Below are positions 22,320-32,166 of a stretch of DNA of 59,904 bases, in pieces. The notes under the pieces were generated by a model. It was not told the origin of the DNA, did not search any database, and worked only from the letters and a program-made list of their open reading frames with translations. Within the stretch, counting starts at the first letter, position 1. Each line of letters starts with the position of its first letter. The translations under genes and the position numbers were made by a program. The stretch spans positions 1 to 59,904 of the forward strand of contig JABDNS010000098.1 of the NCBI GenBank assembly GCA_013043705.1, read 5' to 3'. This DNA comes from Pseudomonadales bacterium (GTDB taxonomy: Bacteria; Pseudomonadota; Gammaproteobacteria; Pseudomonadales; UBA7434).

Positions 22320-23144
22320 ATGCAACGGGGTTTAAGTAATTTCAACGGTAGAACCGTTCTCATAACGGGTGCATCAGCCGGTGTGGGTGCAGCTTGTGCC
22401 AGGCAGTTTGCCGCACTTGGTGCAAAGCTAGCGTTGGTCGCGCGCGGTGAAGAAGCGCTAACACAAATTGCCGATGAGTTAGGCCAGTTAACTGATGTGC
22501 TGCCTGTACAGGCAGACGTCGGTGAACTGGCAGCCTGCGACCAGGTGTTGGAACAAGTTGCCGGCAAGTTTGGCCAGGTGGATGTGCTTATCAACAATGC
22601 CGGGCTGCACCATCGTGGCGAAGTGGTGGCGCGTGATGCAGTGCAATTGGCGAATATGGTTGACGTTAATTTACGCACGCCCATTTATCTGACCACCAGG
22701 GTTTTACCGGACATGCAAAAAGCCCGGTGCGGCGCGGTGGTAATGGTGGGCTCGTTGGCCGGGCGTGCGCCATTACAGGGCGCGGCAACCTACGGTGGCA
22801 CCAAGGCAGGATTACGCAGCTTTGCGTTGGCCTTGGGTGATGAGGTTCGTGAACAGGGCATTGCAGTGGGTGTGGTATCGCCCGGCCCCATTGACACCGG
22901 CTTCATAATGAATGAAATTGACGCGGTAGAGGATATTGTTTATTCGCAGCCAATGAGTACAGCCGATGAGGTGGCGGAAAATATTATTCGCGTTGCGAAA
23001 GGCGAGCGCGATGAAATAGCGATGCCCTGGTTTAGTGGCAAGCTAACGACCATGAGTTATCTGGCACCACTGCTTCGACGCAAGTTACGCCCGGCGTTGT
23101 ATGCCATGGGCAGGCGCAATAAGGAAAAATATCGCAAGCGCTAA
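22320..23144 (+). CDS. SDR-family short-chain oxidoreductase
   Basis: TVLITGASAGVG Rossmann motif, NNAG, and Y..K in YGGTKAG. Confidence 0.9.
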   Translation: MQRGLSNFNGRTVLITGASAGVGAACARQFAALGAKLALVARGEEALTQIADELGQLTDVLPVQADVGELAACDQVLEQVAGKFGQVDVLINNAGLHHRGEVVARDAVQLANMVDVNLRTPIYLTTRVLPDMQKARCGAVVMVGSLAGRAPLQGAATYGGTKAGLRSFALALGDEVREQGIAVGVVSPGPIDTGFIMNEIDAVEDIVYSQPMSTADEVAENIIRVAKGERDEIAMPWFSGKLTTMSYLAPLLRRKLRPALYAMGRRNKEKYRKR

Positions 23145-23156
23145 ACGTCGCGCAAT

Positions 23157-23183
23157 AAAAAACCCGGCATTCCCGGGTTTTTT
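23157..23183. terminator. Bidirectional rho-independent terminator
   Basis: AAAAAA-CCCGG-cattc-CCGGG-TTTTTT, between the convergent SDR gene and vfr. Confidence 0.8.
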
Positions 23184-23204
23184 ATTGATGAGAATTGGCT
23201 ACGA

Positions 23205-23894
23205 TTATCGTGTGCCGTACACCACCATGGTTTTACCTTTCACGTGCACCAGGCCTTGCTCTTCCAAATCCTTGAGTACACGACCGACCATTTCGCGGGA
23301 GCAGCCCACAATGCGGCCAATTTCCTGGCGAGTAATTTTAATTTGCATGCCATCGGGGTGCGTCATGGCATCGGGCTCTTTACAAAGTTCCAGCAGGGTG
23401 CCAGCAACGCGGCCGGTAACATCCAGAAAAGCGAGGTCGCCCACTTTACGTGTTGTTTTTCTCAGGCGGGTTGCCATTTGCTTGCCCACCGAATAAAGCA
23501 AGTCGGGGTACTGCTTTGACAATTCATGAAACTTTGCGAAAGTTATTTCAGCTACTTCGCATTCAATTTTGGCGCGAACCCAGGCGCTACGCGAATCTTC
23601 CTGTTCGAACAAGCCCATTTCGCCAAAGAAGTCGCCTTCGTTGAGATACGCAACAATCATTTCCTTGCCATCATCGTCTTCAATGGCAACGGTTACCGAG
23701 CCCTTTACGATGTAGTACAAGGTTTCAGAGCTGTCACCGGCATAGATAATCGTGCTTTTGCTTGGGTAGCGCCGCCTGTGGCTGGCATTAATCAGCTCTT
23801 CAGCGTGTTGTATATGTGGGGTTAGTGGCGCGGGAGACACAAGGCTTGACCCATTAGTGGTGACAGATGTTGTGTTTAATTTATGTGCATGCAT
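23205..23894 (-). CDS. vfr: cAMP receptor protein family regulator (Vfr/Crp)
   Basis: Near-identical blocks to P. aeruginosa Vfr: [38 protein letters not shown] and [11 protein letters not shown]. True start is ATG 23894; the track ORF runs on to 24524. Confidence 0.93.
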   Translation of the reverse strand: MHAHKLNTTSVTTNGSSLVSPAPLTPHIQHAEELINASHRRRYPSKSTIIYAGDSSETLYYIVKGSVTVAIEDDDGKEMIVAYLNEGDFFGEMGLFEQEDSRSAWVRAKIECEVAEITFAKFHELSKQYPDLLYSVGKQMATRLRKTTRKVGDLAFLDVTGRVAGTLLELCKEPDAMTHPDGMQIKITRQEIGRIVGCSREMVGRVLKDLEEQGLVHVKGKTMVVYGTR

Positions 23895-23972
23895 GATACA
23901 ACCGTTACCTTCAGGTGACGAGTGGTTCGCAGAATTAGCGCGAAGTACTTTTTGAGTATTGCCTAATTCGGC

Positions 23973-23988
23973 TGTGACACAAGTCACA
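23973..23988. promoter_or_regulatory. Perfect CRP/Vfr-type palindrome TGTGA-N6-TCACA
   Basis: tgtgacacaagtcaca at 23973..23988, about 80-95 nt upstream of the vfr ATG in the vfr/osmC-like divergent region. An extra TGTGA half-site lies at 23999..24003. Confidence 0.6.
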
Positions 23989-24162
23989 CACGTAAAAAAT
24001 GTGATCGAGGGCGCAGCTAGCCGTAGATTCGCGCACGCTTTAAGCGGGTTGTTCATTTGTAAATGCATTGTTGATAAATGCGCCGAAAGGCCCAAACGAG
24101 CCAATTTATCGCCACTGGCGTAAAATACGCGGGTTTTAGCACAGTAAATAAGGAAACATTGC

Positions 24163-24585
24163 ATGCAGGCAACGGTAGAGTGGACGGGTGAGGCGAGCTT
24201 TCTCGCGGAGGCGGGCTCGGGACATAGTGTGCAGATGGATGGGCCGCCCGACCACGGTGGCCAGAACAAGGGCCCCAGGCCCATGGAAATGCTGCTAATG
24301 GGTATCGGCGGCTGTGCGTCTTTCGACGTAATGTCGATTCTGCAAAAGGGTCGCCAACAGGTACAGGGCTGCCGCTGCGAGCTTGCGGCCGAACGCGCCG
24401 ATGCAGTGCCTTCTGTGTTCACAAAAATACGCATGCGCTTTGTGGTGAGCGGCACGGACTTGAAGGAGTCGCAAGTGCGCCGGGCAGTGAGTCTTTCTGC
24501 CGAAAAATACTGTTCCGCTTCCATTATGCTCGAGCGAGCCGGGGTGGAGATTAGCCACGAATACGAAATCGTTGAGCCAGGTTAA
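24163..24585 (+). CDS. OsmC-family protein (peroxiredoxin-like)
   Basis: 140 aa with the two conserved Cys contexts (GIGGCASFD and AEKYCSAS). Divergent from vfr, as in Pseudomonas. Confidence 0.85.
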   Translation: MQATVEWTGEASFLAEAGSGHSVQMDGPPDHGGQNKGPRPMEMLLMGIGGCASFDVMSILQKGRQQVQGCRCELAAERADAVPSVFTKIRMRFVVSGTDLKESQVRRAVSLSAEKYCSASIMLERAGVEISHEYEIVEPG

Positions 24586-24633
24586 AGCCGCGCAAAAATA
24601 ATTTCGATCGCATCGATGGAGTAGATTTAATTA

Positions 24634-25071
24634 ATGAGCGATAAGCAATCAAATGAACGCCCCGCGGCCACGTCGGGGCTGCGCCACGTGGCGCTATTTG
24701 TTCCCGATCTCGACGCAGCGCTGGATTTCTATGTTCGCTTGTTGGGCATGGTCATTGAGTGGCAGCCCGATGACGATAACGTTTACCTCACCTCTGGTAA
24801 CGATAACCTGGCTTTGCATCGGCGTCGCAACTGGGATCCATCAGAGGCCAGCGCGGAGCAGCGGCTCGATCATTTGGGTTTTATTCTCGACACGCCCGAC
24901 CAGGTTGATGCCTGGCATGAGTTTTTGCAGGCGCAAGGGGTAGACATAAAAGCAGCGCCGCGCACGCATCGCGATGGCGCGCGAAGTTTTTACTGTCACG
25001 ACCCATCAGGTGTGCTGGTGCAAATGATTTACCACCCGCCGCTGGTTACGGGCGCGAGCCAGGCGGATTGA
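24634..25071 (+). CDS. VOC (glyoxalase/bleomycin-resistance/dioxygenase) family protein
   Basis: GLRHVALFVPDLDAALDFY...LDHLGF pattern of the VOC fold. Confidence 0.8.
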   Translation: MSDKQSNERPAATSGLRHVALFVPDLDAALDFYVRLLGMVIEWQPDDDNVYLTSGNDNLALHRRRNWDPSEASAEQRLDHLGFILDTPDQVDAWHEFLQAQGVDIKAAPRTHRDGARSFYCHDPSGVLVQMIYHPPLVTGASQAD

Positions 25072-25075
25072 CAAA

Positions 25076-25732
25076 CTAGATATGGTAGGTGGTGCCCGTC
25101 ATCAGCTTCGACATCAGCGTCATCATTTTTTTTATTGCGTCGTGAAATTCCACGCCGCCGGCTTGTATTGCCTTATTGCCGTGAGCCGCCTCGTCTTCCA
25201 GCATCTGCTCCAGAATTAGCCGCGTTTTTTTGTCGCCGTTGGACAACTGCTGCAGATGTTCGCGCAGGTGTTCGCAAACCTGGTCTTCGGTCGCGGCAAT
25301 AAACCCCAGGCTAATACGATCGCCGGCCATGCCCGCCAGTGCTCCCATGCCAAAAGATGCCAGATAAAAAGCCGGGTTTAACAGGCTGGGTTTCGCATTC
25401 AACTCGGTAAGGCGTTGTTCGCACCAGGCCAGGTGGTCTTCTTCTTCCAGCGCCGATTCCTGCATGGCATCGCGCACATCATTGCTGCGTGCGGTAAGCG
25501 CCTGGCCGCGATACAGCGCTTGCGCGCAAACTTCGCCGGTGTGGTTTATGCGCATCAAGCCAGCGGTGTGGCGTTGCTTGTTAACGGCATCTATTGAATC
25601 AGCCGGTGCTTCCTGTTCCGCAAGTTCGGCCGGAGAAGGGCGCGTAGCGGTGGTTGCGCCAGGGTTAACTGTGCGCAGGGCTCGGTCGAAGCCAATAATC
25701 AGCCGGTCGAGAGGCGATAGCGTTGTTTTCAT
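25076..25732 (-). CDS. coq7: Demethoxyubiquinone hydroxylase Coq7
   Basis: Di-iron ExxH repeats (HTGEVCAQALY, EEEDHLAWC, EDQVCEHL, EDEAAHG) typical of bacterial Coq7. Confidence 0.9.
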   Translation of the reverse strand: MKTTLSPLDRLIIGFDRALRTVNPGATTATRPSPAELAEQEAPADSIDAVNKQRHTAGLMRINHTGEVCAQALYRGQALTARSNDVRDAMQESALEEEDHLAWCEQRLTELNAKPSLLNPAFYLASFGMGALAGMAGDRISLGFIAATEDQVCEHLREHLQQLSNGDKKTRLILEQMLEDEAAHGNKAIQAGGVEFHDAIKKMMTLMSKLMTGTTYHI

Positions 25733-26973
25733 TTTGAGGGCGATAAAAATCGCGGGTCGTTGAAGCTGGCAAGATCAATACCGTAACTACGATCGGGGTG
25801 TAGTGTGCGGATCATATAGCGGCGACCATTATCGGGCCGCATCGCTTCACGCAGGTCGATATAGCGGTTTTTGCAAGGCTGTTTGTTGGCATCGCGCACC
25901 ACCAAAACCACCGGCTGCAAGTTGTCTTCGCTTTCTGACGGCAAGACGATGCCGATCTCGCCACTGTTTAACTCTGCAATACTGCCAATCGGGTACACGC
26001 CTATACAATCTATAAATCGATTCAGCAGCCTTTCATCGTGATGCTGGTTTTTGCTTCTAAGCAAAAGCTTAAGCGCCTCTGCCGCCGGCTTGGCCACGCT
26101 GTATACGCGGCCGCTTGTCATTGCATCGTAGGCATCGGCAATGGCAACAATTTTCACCAGGTAAGGAATTTCCTCGGCCGTCAATCCGCGCGGGTAACCT
26201 GTGCCGTCAACTTTTTCGTGGTGCGACAGTGCAATATCTGCGGCGGCGCTCGGCAGGTTTTTCTGGCTGAGCAGTAATTTTTTGCCGTGCACGGTGTGCA
26301 TCTTCATCACGTCAAACTGCGCTGCCTCGAGACTGCCCTCTTTATTCAGGATCTCATGGGGAATCTTTACCTTGCCAACGTCGTGCAGCATGGCACAAAG
26401 GCCCAGCTCGTTTAGTTGCTCAACGCTGAGCCCCTCGGCGCGGCCCAATGTAATGCTCAATAGTGCAACGTTCAAGCTGTGCTCGGCAGTATATTCGTCT
26501 TTGTTTTTTATCATCGTCAGCCACAACATGGAGTCGGGGTTGGCGATAATATTGTCTACACAATTCGAAACCGCTGTGCGCATTGCCGCTGGCTCGAAAA
26601 GTTTGCCATTGCGAAAATCTTCGAACATGTTGGCCACAACTGCTTTAGCCTTGCGATGAATTTTTTGCGAATCGGCAAGGTTGTTTATAAAGCTGGTGCT
26701 AGTTTGGTATTCAGTGGTTTGCGCGGGTTTACTGGCGCGTTTTTGTAGCGCAGAGAGGCTATCGCGGGTTATATCGATGTAAACGTGCTTGCACAATGCA
26801 CGAAGCTGGTCGAGTTGTTTTTGTTCGCGTACCACGAACCCGTGTACCAAAAACGGAGAGTCGATCCAGGGGCAATCCAGTTCTTTTACGAACATACCCA
26901 GTTTGAGTTCATCGACCGGGATGCGTATTTTTTCTACGCCTGCCGTTGCGGAGGCTGTTAGCTTATGCAGCAT
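25729..26973 (-). CDS. HD-GYP domain c-di-GMP phosphodiesterase
   Basis: HDVGKVKIP and HHEKVDGTGYPRGL motifs. ATGA overlap with coq7. Confidence 0.88.
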   Translation of the reverse strand: MLHKLTASATAGVEKIRIPVDELKLGMFVKELDCPWIDSPFLVHGFVVREQKQLDQLRALCKHVYIDITRDSLSALQKRASKPAQTTEYQTSTSFINNLADSQKIHRKAKAVVANMFEDFRNGKLFEPAAMRTAVSNCVDNIIANPDSMLWLTMIKNKDEYTAEHSLNVALLSITLGRAEGLSVEQLNELGLCAMLHDVGKVKIPHEILNKEGSLEAAQFDVMKMHTVHGKKLLLSQKNLPSAAADIALSHHEKVDGTGYPRGLTAEEIPYLVKIVAIADAYDAMTSGRVYSVAKPAAEALKLLLRSKNQHHDERLLNRFIDCIGVYPIGSIAELNSGEIGIVLPSESEDNLQPVVLVVRDANKQPCKNRYIDLREAMRPDNGRRYMIRTLHPDRSYGIDLASFNDPRFLSPSK

Positions 26974-27003
26974 ACGGCGCTATATTAGCAAAGCGATAGC
27001 GAC

Positions 27004-28572
27004 TTATCCGCTCGCGCTGGGGCCGGCTTGCACAATACTTGGGTCAACATCGTACTGGCGAAAGTTGTCAATAAACTGCGCCGCGAGCTTGCCGGCTTGC
27101 TCATCATAGGCGTCCGGGTCCGACCAGGTGTTGCGCGGGTTTAGCAGCGTGCCATCAACCCCGGGAATGTTGCTGGGGATATCGAGGTTCAGCGCATCAA
27201 GGTGCCGGGTTTGCGCACCGAGCAATGCGCCGGATTGCACGGCACTAATGATGGCGCGGGTAACAGGAATGCTAAAGCGTTTGCCTTCCCCGCCAGGCCC
27301 ACCTGAACCGCCGGTCCAACCGGTGTTGACCAGATACACCTGGCTTTCGAATTCTTCAACGCGTTTCATTAACAGTTCGGCGTAGTCACCGGCAGGTCGC
27401 GGCATGAAAGGTGCGCCAAAACAGGTTGAGAAAGCCGGTTGAATGCCAGCCATGGCGCCGAGTTCTGTGGAGCCGACCCTGGCGGTGTAGCCGCTAAGGA
27501 AATGGTAGGCGGCGGCCTCTTTGCTCAGTATCGATACCGGCGGCAACACGCCAGCAACGTCGCAGGTTAAAAATATTACGACCTTGGGTTCGCCAGCGCG
27601 ATTTTCAGGCACACGCTTTTCAACGTGCTCAAGCGGGTAGCAGCAGCGACCGTTTTCGGTCAGCGAGGTATCGTGGTAGTCGGGCGTACGGTTGCTGTCG
27701 AGTACCACGTTTTCGAGTATGGCGCCGTGGCGAATGGCATTCCAGATCACGGGTTCGTTTTCGCGACTCAGGTTGATGGTCTTGGCATAGCAGCCGCCTT
27801 CCAGGTTGAACACCGTGCCCTTGCCCCAACCGTGCTCGTCGTCGCCAATCAGGTAGCGCGAAGGGTCGGCAGAAAGTGTTGTTTTACCGGTGCCACTAAG
27901 GCCAAAAAACAATGCGGTATCGCCTTTTTCGCCCACGTTGGCCGAGCAGTGCATGGGCAGCACATCTTTTTCAGGCAGCAGGAAGTTTTGCACCGAAAAC
28001 ATGGCTTTTTTCATCTCGCCCGCGTAGCGCATGCCTGCCAGCAAAACTTTGCGCTTGGCAAAATTAATAATCACGACGCCATCGCTGTTGGTGCCATCGC
28101 GTTCGGGCAAACATTCGAAGCTGGCAACGTTTAGAATCGACCACTCCTGCTTGTCCTTGGGGTTGTATTCATTATCTGCCACGCGAACAAACATGTTGCG
28201 GCCAAACAGACTCTGCCAGGCCGTTTCACAACAAACTTGAACGGGCAGGTAGTGTTCGCTATCAGCGCCAACATGCAGCCGGCTTTTGAAGTGGTCGTTT
28301 TGGGCGGCATAATCAGCAACGCGATCCCACAGCGCGTCGAATTGGTCGGCATCGAACGGGCGATTTACCGGGCCCCAATCGATAGCATCTTCGGTTGACG
28401 GCTCGCGTACGATAAAGCGATCGGCAGGCGAGCGACCGGTGCGCGCACCGGTAGTGATAAGTAATGCACCATTGTCGGCAACCGAGCCTTCTTCGCGCGC
28501 CAACGACTGTTCTATTAATTGATCGGCGCCCAGGTTTTCATAGACCTTGGGCTTGTCACTTGATTGGTTCAT
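27004..28572 (-). CDS. pckA: Phosphoenolpyruvate carboxykinase (ATP)
   Basis: [25 protein letters not shown] and IGDDEHGW motifs. Confidence 0.97.
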   Translation of the reverse strand: MNQSSDKPKVYENLGADQLIEQSLAREEGSVADNGALLITTGARTGRSPADRFIVREPSTEDAIDWGPVNRPFDADQFDALWDRVADYAAQNDHFKSRLHVGADSEHYLPVQVCCETAWQSLFGRNMFVRVADNEYNPKDKQEWSILNVASFECLPERDGTNSDGVVIINFAKRKVLLAGMRYAGEMKKAMFSVQNFLLPEKDVLPMHCSANVGEKGDTALFFGLSGTGKTTLSADPSRYLIGDDEHGWGKGTVFNLEGGCYAKTINLSRENEPVIWNAIRHGAILENVVLDSNRTPDYHDTSLTENGRCCYPLEHVEKRVPENRAGEPKVVIFLTCDVAGVLPPVSILSKEAAAYHFLSGYTARVGSTELGAMAGIQPAFSTCFGAPFMPRPAGDYAELLMKRVEEFESQVYLVNTGWTGGSGGPGGEGKRFSIPVTRAIISAVQSGALLGAQTRHLDALNLDIPSNIPGVDGTLLNPRNTWSDPDAYDEQAGKLAAQFIDNFRQYDVDPSIVQAGPSASG

Positions 28573-28756
28573 TGAAAGCTTTACTCTCGACGTTCACATT
28601 GCCTGGGCCGATTGGCCAGTGTCGGCTGCAGTGTGTTCAATGGATTGCCGGGATTACTACCCGACGGGTACAAGATACCGTGGCCCCCAGGGCAACAGGC
28701 AGGCAATTATGCCAGAAATACCCTATATGCGACATGCTGCAAAAGGATGTGTTCGC

Positions 28757-29713
28757 TCAATGCCGGGTGGCGTTATGGCTGGCATTCAGGCGCTCAATAC
28801 TGGCATGGTCGAAGCGGTACCTGGCGCTGCAAAATTCACAATCCATCACGATCTCGCCGTCTTCGCTGAGAATGCTGGAAATTTCCCTGGGATCGATTTG
28901 CATTAGTGCCTGGCCGGTGCGCTCGGCAGAGCAGGTACAGGAAAAAACCACCGGCTGGGCCTGTGCGACGCGGCAGCTGTGCTGGTGGAAAAGCCGGTGC
29001 AGCACTTGTTCAGGCGCAAGGCCCAGCAGTTCCTGTGGGCTTATAGACCGCGCCAGCATTTCGATCTCTCGCCAATCGTTACTGCGCACCGCATGCACGC
29101 CATCGGCGCTGTCGCTATCGGGGATCTTCTGCACCATCAAACCTGCAGCGCATTGTGGCCCCGCGGCCAGTACCATTGTTGTAGGCAGTTGCTCGGATCG
29201 ATCAAAGTAGTGCTCAAGGCAGCCCGACAGCGTTGCGGCGTCTACTGCAACAATGCCCTGGTAGCGTTCGGTGCCACTGTCTTTGATACTTTCTACGGTT
29301 ATCGCAAGTTGGGCATCGGCCAGCAGCGCCGCGAGGCTGGCACCGTGCTGTTGCAGGTTTTTGGCCTGTTCATGCTGCGTATCGAAGCGCGCCAGTGCAC
29401 GGACTTTTTGCGCGCTGTGCGCATCACCCGCGGTGCTTTTTTCGCAGCTGGATTCGGCCATCAGCATGCCCAGTGGGCCGTTGCCTCGCGCTTGCAGCGA
29501 AAGCCTTGCCGCGTGTTTGAAATTGCTACCCATCAATACCGCAGCGGCGAGTGCTTCGCCCACTAGTGCTTGCATTGGCGCGGGATAGTCACGGCCATTT
29601 AGTGCTTCCACGAAACTATTATCCAGGCGCACGATCGCACCGCGCAAAGCAAACTCGCTGAAGTAAAAGCGCTGCACGCTGTCGCCGGCCTGGATACCGG
29701 CAGTTTTAGTCAT
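28757..29713 (-). CDS. hslO: Redox-regulated chaperone Hsp33
   Basis: C-terminal zinc centre CTCS...CEFC. Start is the ATG at 29713 inside ORF 28757..29842, overlapping the hslR stop by 8 nt. Confidence 0.92.
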   Translation of the reverse strand: MTKTAGIQAGDSVQRFYFSEFALRGAIVRLDNSFVEALNGRDYPAPMQALVGEALAAAVLMGSNFKHAARLSLQARGNGPLGMLMAESSCEKSTAGDAHSAQKVRALARFDTQHEQAKNLQQHGASLAALLADAQLAITVESIKDSGTERYQGIVAVDAATLSGCLEHYFDRSEQLPTTMVLAAGPQCAAGLMVQKIPDSDSADGVHAVRSNDWREIEMLARSISPQELLGLAPEQVLHRLFHQHSCRVAQAQPVVFSCTCSAERTGQALMQIDPREISSILSEDGEIVMDCEFCSARYRFDHASIERLNASHNATRH

Positions 29714-30149
29714 CCTGCGCTTCCTCGCGCTTGAAGCGATGAATCTGTCTGCGCTGTTTTTTGTTTGGCCGGTTGTCGAAGTGTGGTGCGGCGGCTCGTT
29801 GTGCGCGGCGCTCCGCGATGCGCGTCTCGCGCTCGTCAACACTGGACTCGAGCTCGCTGTAGAGTTTGCTGGCTTCGCTGGCGCTGCGCCGCTGGCTGGA
29901 AAGCGCCATTACTTGCACGGTTTTCTCATCCCAGCCACAACGCACTTTTAGCTGTGCGCCGGTTTCCACGTGCTTGCTACTTTTTATACGCTGCCCGTTG
30001 TAGTGCACCTTGCCGCCCTCTACTGCTTGCTTGGCAAGGCTGCGGGTTTTGAAAAAGCGCGCGGCCCACAACCACTTGTCGATGCGTACGTTTTCGCTTT
30101 TTGCAGCCCCTGCGTTGTCATCGCCGCCGCGTCCTTTGGAGCCCGCCAT
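29706..30149 (-). CDS. hslR: Ribosome-associated heat-shock protein Hsp15
   Basis: S4-like RIDKWLWAARFFKTRSLAKQAVEGGKVHYNG. Sits in the yrfG-hslR-hslO order. Confidence 0.9.
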   Translation of the reverse strand: MAGSKGRGGDDNAGAAKSENVRIDKWLWAARFFKTRSLAKQAVEGGKVHYNGQRIKSSKHVETGAQLKVRCGWDEKTVQVMALSSQRRSASEASKLYSELESSVDERETRIAERRAQRAAAPHFDNRPNKKQRRQIHRFKREEAQDD

Positions 30150-30850
30150 CAGGGCAACAGGTCCAGCAGTGATTCAATCGGAAGCAGCCGGGTGGTATTT
30201 TTTTTGTCGCGGTGCACGGGCAGGCGGTGTGACGCATTGCGCACCGGTTGGCTGGAATCGGGTCGCAGCGGCAACACGCAGGCGGCCAGTTTATAGTGGC
30301 TGGCAGCATCGAGTACCGCGCTATTGTCGTCGATCAGCACCGTTTTGGCCGGGTCAAAGTAATGCGCGTTGGCAAGCGCGGGCCAAAAATCGACAGCTTC
30401 TTTGGGTAGACCAAAGTCGTGGGAGGCGTAGTGTGCATCGACATGCTTGCAGATGCCCACCAATTCGTCTTTTAGGCTTAGCGTTTGCCGGTGCGCGTTA
30501 GTCACCAGCACTTTTTCGATGCCGCGATTACCAAACATTTGTAGCAGTGCCAGCGCACCTGGCAGGTAGCGGACGTACTCGTCGACATGCGATTTGAGCG
30601 GCAATATATCCAGCTCCAGCTCGCGACTCCAGTGCTCAATACAGTAGAACTCGAGCTCGCCTTGCCGGGCCTGGAACTTTTCGCTCAGCAATGTTCGCGC
30701 CTGCGCCAGGTCTATCGAATGTAAGCGCGCATAATGCTCCGGCAGGTATTGCTGCCAGAAGTGATTGTCGTAGTAAAGATCGAGCAATGTTCCGTCCATA
30801 TCCAACAAGACGGTTTCGACCTCACTCCAGTCGATGATCGGATCGGGCAT
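30149..30850 (-). CDS. yrfG: HAD-family GMP/IMP nucleotidase YrfG-like
   Basis: VLLDMDGTLLDL..DN.FWQ and LVTNAH blocks align with E. coli YrfG. Its stop overlaps the hslR ATG (TGATG). Confidence 0.8.
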   Translation of the reverse strand: MPDPIIDWSEVETVLLDMDGTLLDLYYDNHFWQQYLPEHYARLHSIDLAQARTLLSEKFQARQGELEFYCIEHWSRELELDILPLKSHVDEYVRYLPGALALLQMFGNRGIEKVLVTNAHRQTLSLKDELVGICKHVDAHYASHDFGLPKEAVDFWPALANAHYFDPAKTVLIDDNSAVLDAASHYKLAACVLPLRPDSSQPVRNASHRLPVHRDKKNTTRLLPIESLLDLLP

Positions 30851-30922
30851 TTTTCAGTGGCCGGCTGGATTGCGATGCAGTGCTTGCGCCTATATTCGAG
30901 CCAGTTAAAGCTGTTATTCCGC

Positions 30923-30946
30923 TGGCGACACATTTGGCGACACATT
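30923..30946. repeat. Perfect 12-bp tandem duplication
   Basis: tggcgacacatt repeated twice (30923..30934 and 30935..30946) in the intergenic region upstream of yrfG. Confidence 0.85.
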
Positions 30947-31030
30947 GGTTCCGCCACCGGGTTCGGTGCAGCTGCAACCTAGTGGTCGAATTATACGCGG
31001 GCGGGGGCTGCTGCGCAGCGCCGGGCGGGT

Positions 31031-31321
31031 TTATTTACCGTGGCGGGCAAATTCGCGCAATTGCTTGTCGTTGGGCCAAAACAGGCGTGCGCTAAAGTAA
31101 AGCAGCGCCATTTGGGCATCGGCTTTGTCGGTGAATGGGCCAATCAATTCGGTATCTCCATGGCGAACGAACCAACCACCATGTTTTTTACAGAATCTGT
31201 TAAGCAGTGGCTCATGAGCAGCGCTGGCGCTGGCCGGGTGATCGGCGGATTTTGCATCGGGAACAACGTCGGGCAACGACTGGGTGCGCATGACATCCTC
31301 GGGTATCTGAATAATTTCCAC
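31031..31321 (-). CDS. Small hypothetical protein (96 aa)
   Basis: The ORF has coding-like codon usage. The motif GGWFVRHGDTELIGPF..KADAQMAL is vaguely reminiscent of the DUF6316 type, which I could not verify. Confidence 0.55.
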   Translation of the reverse strand: MEIIQIPEDVMRTQSLPDVVPDAKSADHPASASAAHEPLLNRFCKKHGGWFVRHGDTELIGPFTDKADAQMALLYFSARLFWPNDKQLREFARHGK

Positions 31322-31497
31322 GTTGCGCTATTGCTTCGCCATCGTGTGGCGCGCGCTTGTGCCGCGTGTTAATTCAGAGTCTAGAGCAGCCGAGTTTACT
31401 GCGTTCTCGTTCCGGTAATTTTCTGTATAGAAATGGCGAAACTGCGATTTTGCTCACGGAAAGATTGTGTATCTTTGTGGATTTATTCCAGACGCAA

Positions 31498-31938
31498 TTA
31501 GCCAGCCAAGCGCAGCGATGTCCATTTAACTGCGTAACTTACAGCGCGGCGCTCACAACTTGCGTGCGGCTTGTTGGGGGCCGCGTTACTTTTGCGCTGT
31601 TTTAGTGCGCCATGCCCGGGCTGCCTTACGCGGCGCGAAACCGTTTCCCTGCCGCGAAGGTAAATGCGCTGCACGAGTGAGATTTTCGTAGCTTCAAGCG
31701 GCAAGTGATAACTGGCATCTTGCGCCATGCCCCAGTCGTCCACGGTTGCGGCTTCGATCTTGCCCATCACCTGGTGATTTTCGTCGGCAAGCAGTAATGC
31801 GCCACGCAACTGGTAGGTTCGAATCTTGCGCTGGCCTACATTCGCATCGATATTCTGGCGAAACGCGTTGTAGCCCGCTTTGCAAAAAACTGCGTCCATA
31901 GGTTTGAAGTGCTGTATGAGGGTGGCGGTGGTAATCAT
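31498..31938 (-). CDS. Hypothetical protein (146 aa), candidate SOS-regulated
   Basis: ATG at 31938 preceded by AAGGAG. The first 100 or so codons look coding-like; the basic C-terminal tail is less convincing. No family recognised. Confidence 0.6.
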   Translation of the reverse strand: MITTATLIQHFKPMDAVFCKAGYNAFRQNIDANVGQRKIRTYQLRGALLLADENHQVMGKIEAATVDDWGMAQDASYHLPLEATKISLVQRIYLRGRETVSRRVRQPGHGALKQRKSNAAPNKPHASCERRAVSYAVKWTSLRLAG

Positions 31939-32034
31939 GTGGGGCTCCTTGGTGCTTGCGCTAGCTGGCAATCTCTACCAGCGTGTATTGGAATCCAGGC
32001 AGACCTGCCAAGCTTGCGTGATTTAATGGCAAAG

Positions 32035-32054
32035 CACTGTTGTTTTATACAGTG
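32035..32054. promoter_or_regulatory. LexA (SOS) box-like palindrome CACTGT-N8-ACAGTG
   Basis: cactgttgttttatacagtg contains CTGT-N8-ACAG with an AT-rich spacer. A weaker overlapping copy lies at 32050..32069. Confidence 0.45.
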
Positions 32055-32078
32055 TATATTCATACAGTAGTTTTGCAA
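32051..32078 (-). promoter_or_regulatory. Putative sigma70 promoter of the 146-aa gene
   Basis: Minus strand reads TTGCAA (32078..32073), 16 nt, then TACACT (32056..32051). Overlapped by the LexA-like boxes. Confidence 0.35.
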
Positions 32079-32107
32079 GAATTTATTCAAATGGGTTGGA
32101 ATAGATA

Positions 32108-32141
32108 GCGGCGCCAGATTGGGCGCTGCCGGTGTTTTTTT
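32108..32141 (+). terminator. Orphan hairpin plus T-tract (terminator-like)
   Basis: GCGGCGCC (32108..32115) pairs with GGCGCTGC (32122..32129), with one G-U pair and a 6-nt loop. After 5 nt comes T7 (32135..32141). No plus-strand CDS lies upstream. Confidence 0.3.
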
Positions 32142-32166
32142 GGCTGGTCGCTTTTTGTCGGCCGCT

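Noticed and set aside
23895-24524. The 439-aa track ORF extends vfr 210 codons upstream
   Set aside because: The homologous Vfr/Crp sequence starts near ATG 23894. The extension runs antisense through the OsmC-like gene and the divergent promoter region and has no protein-like features.
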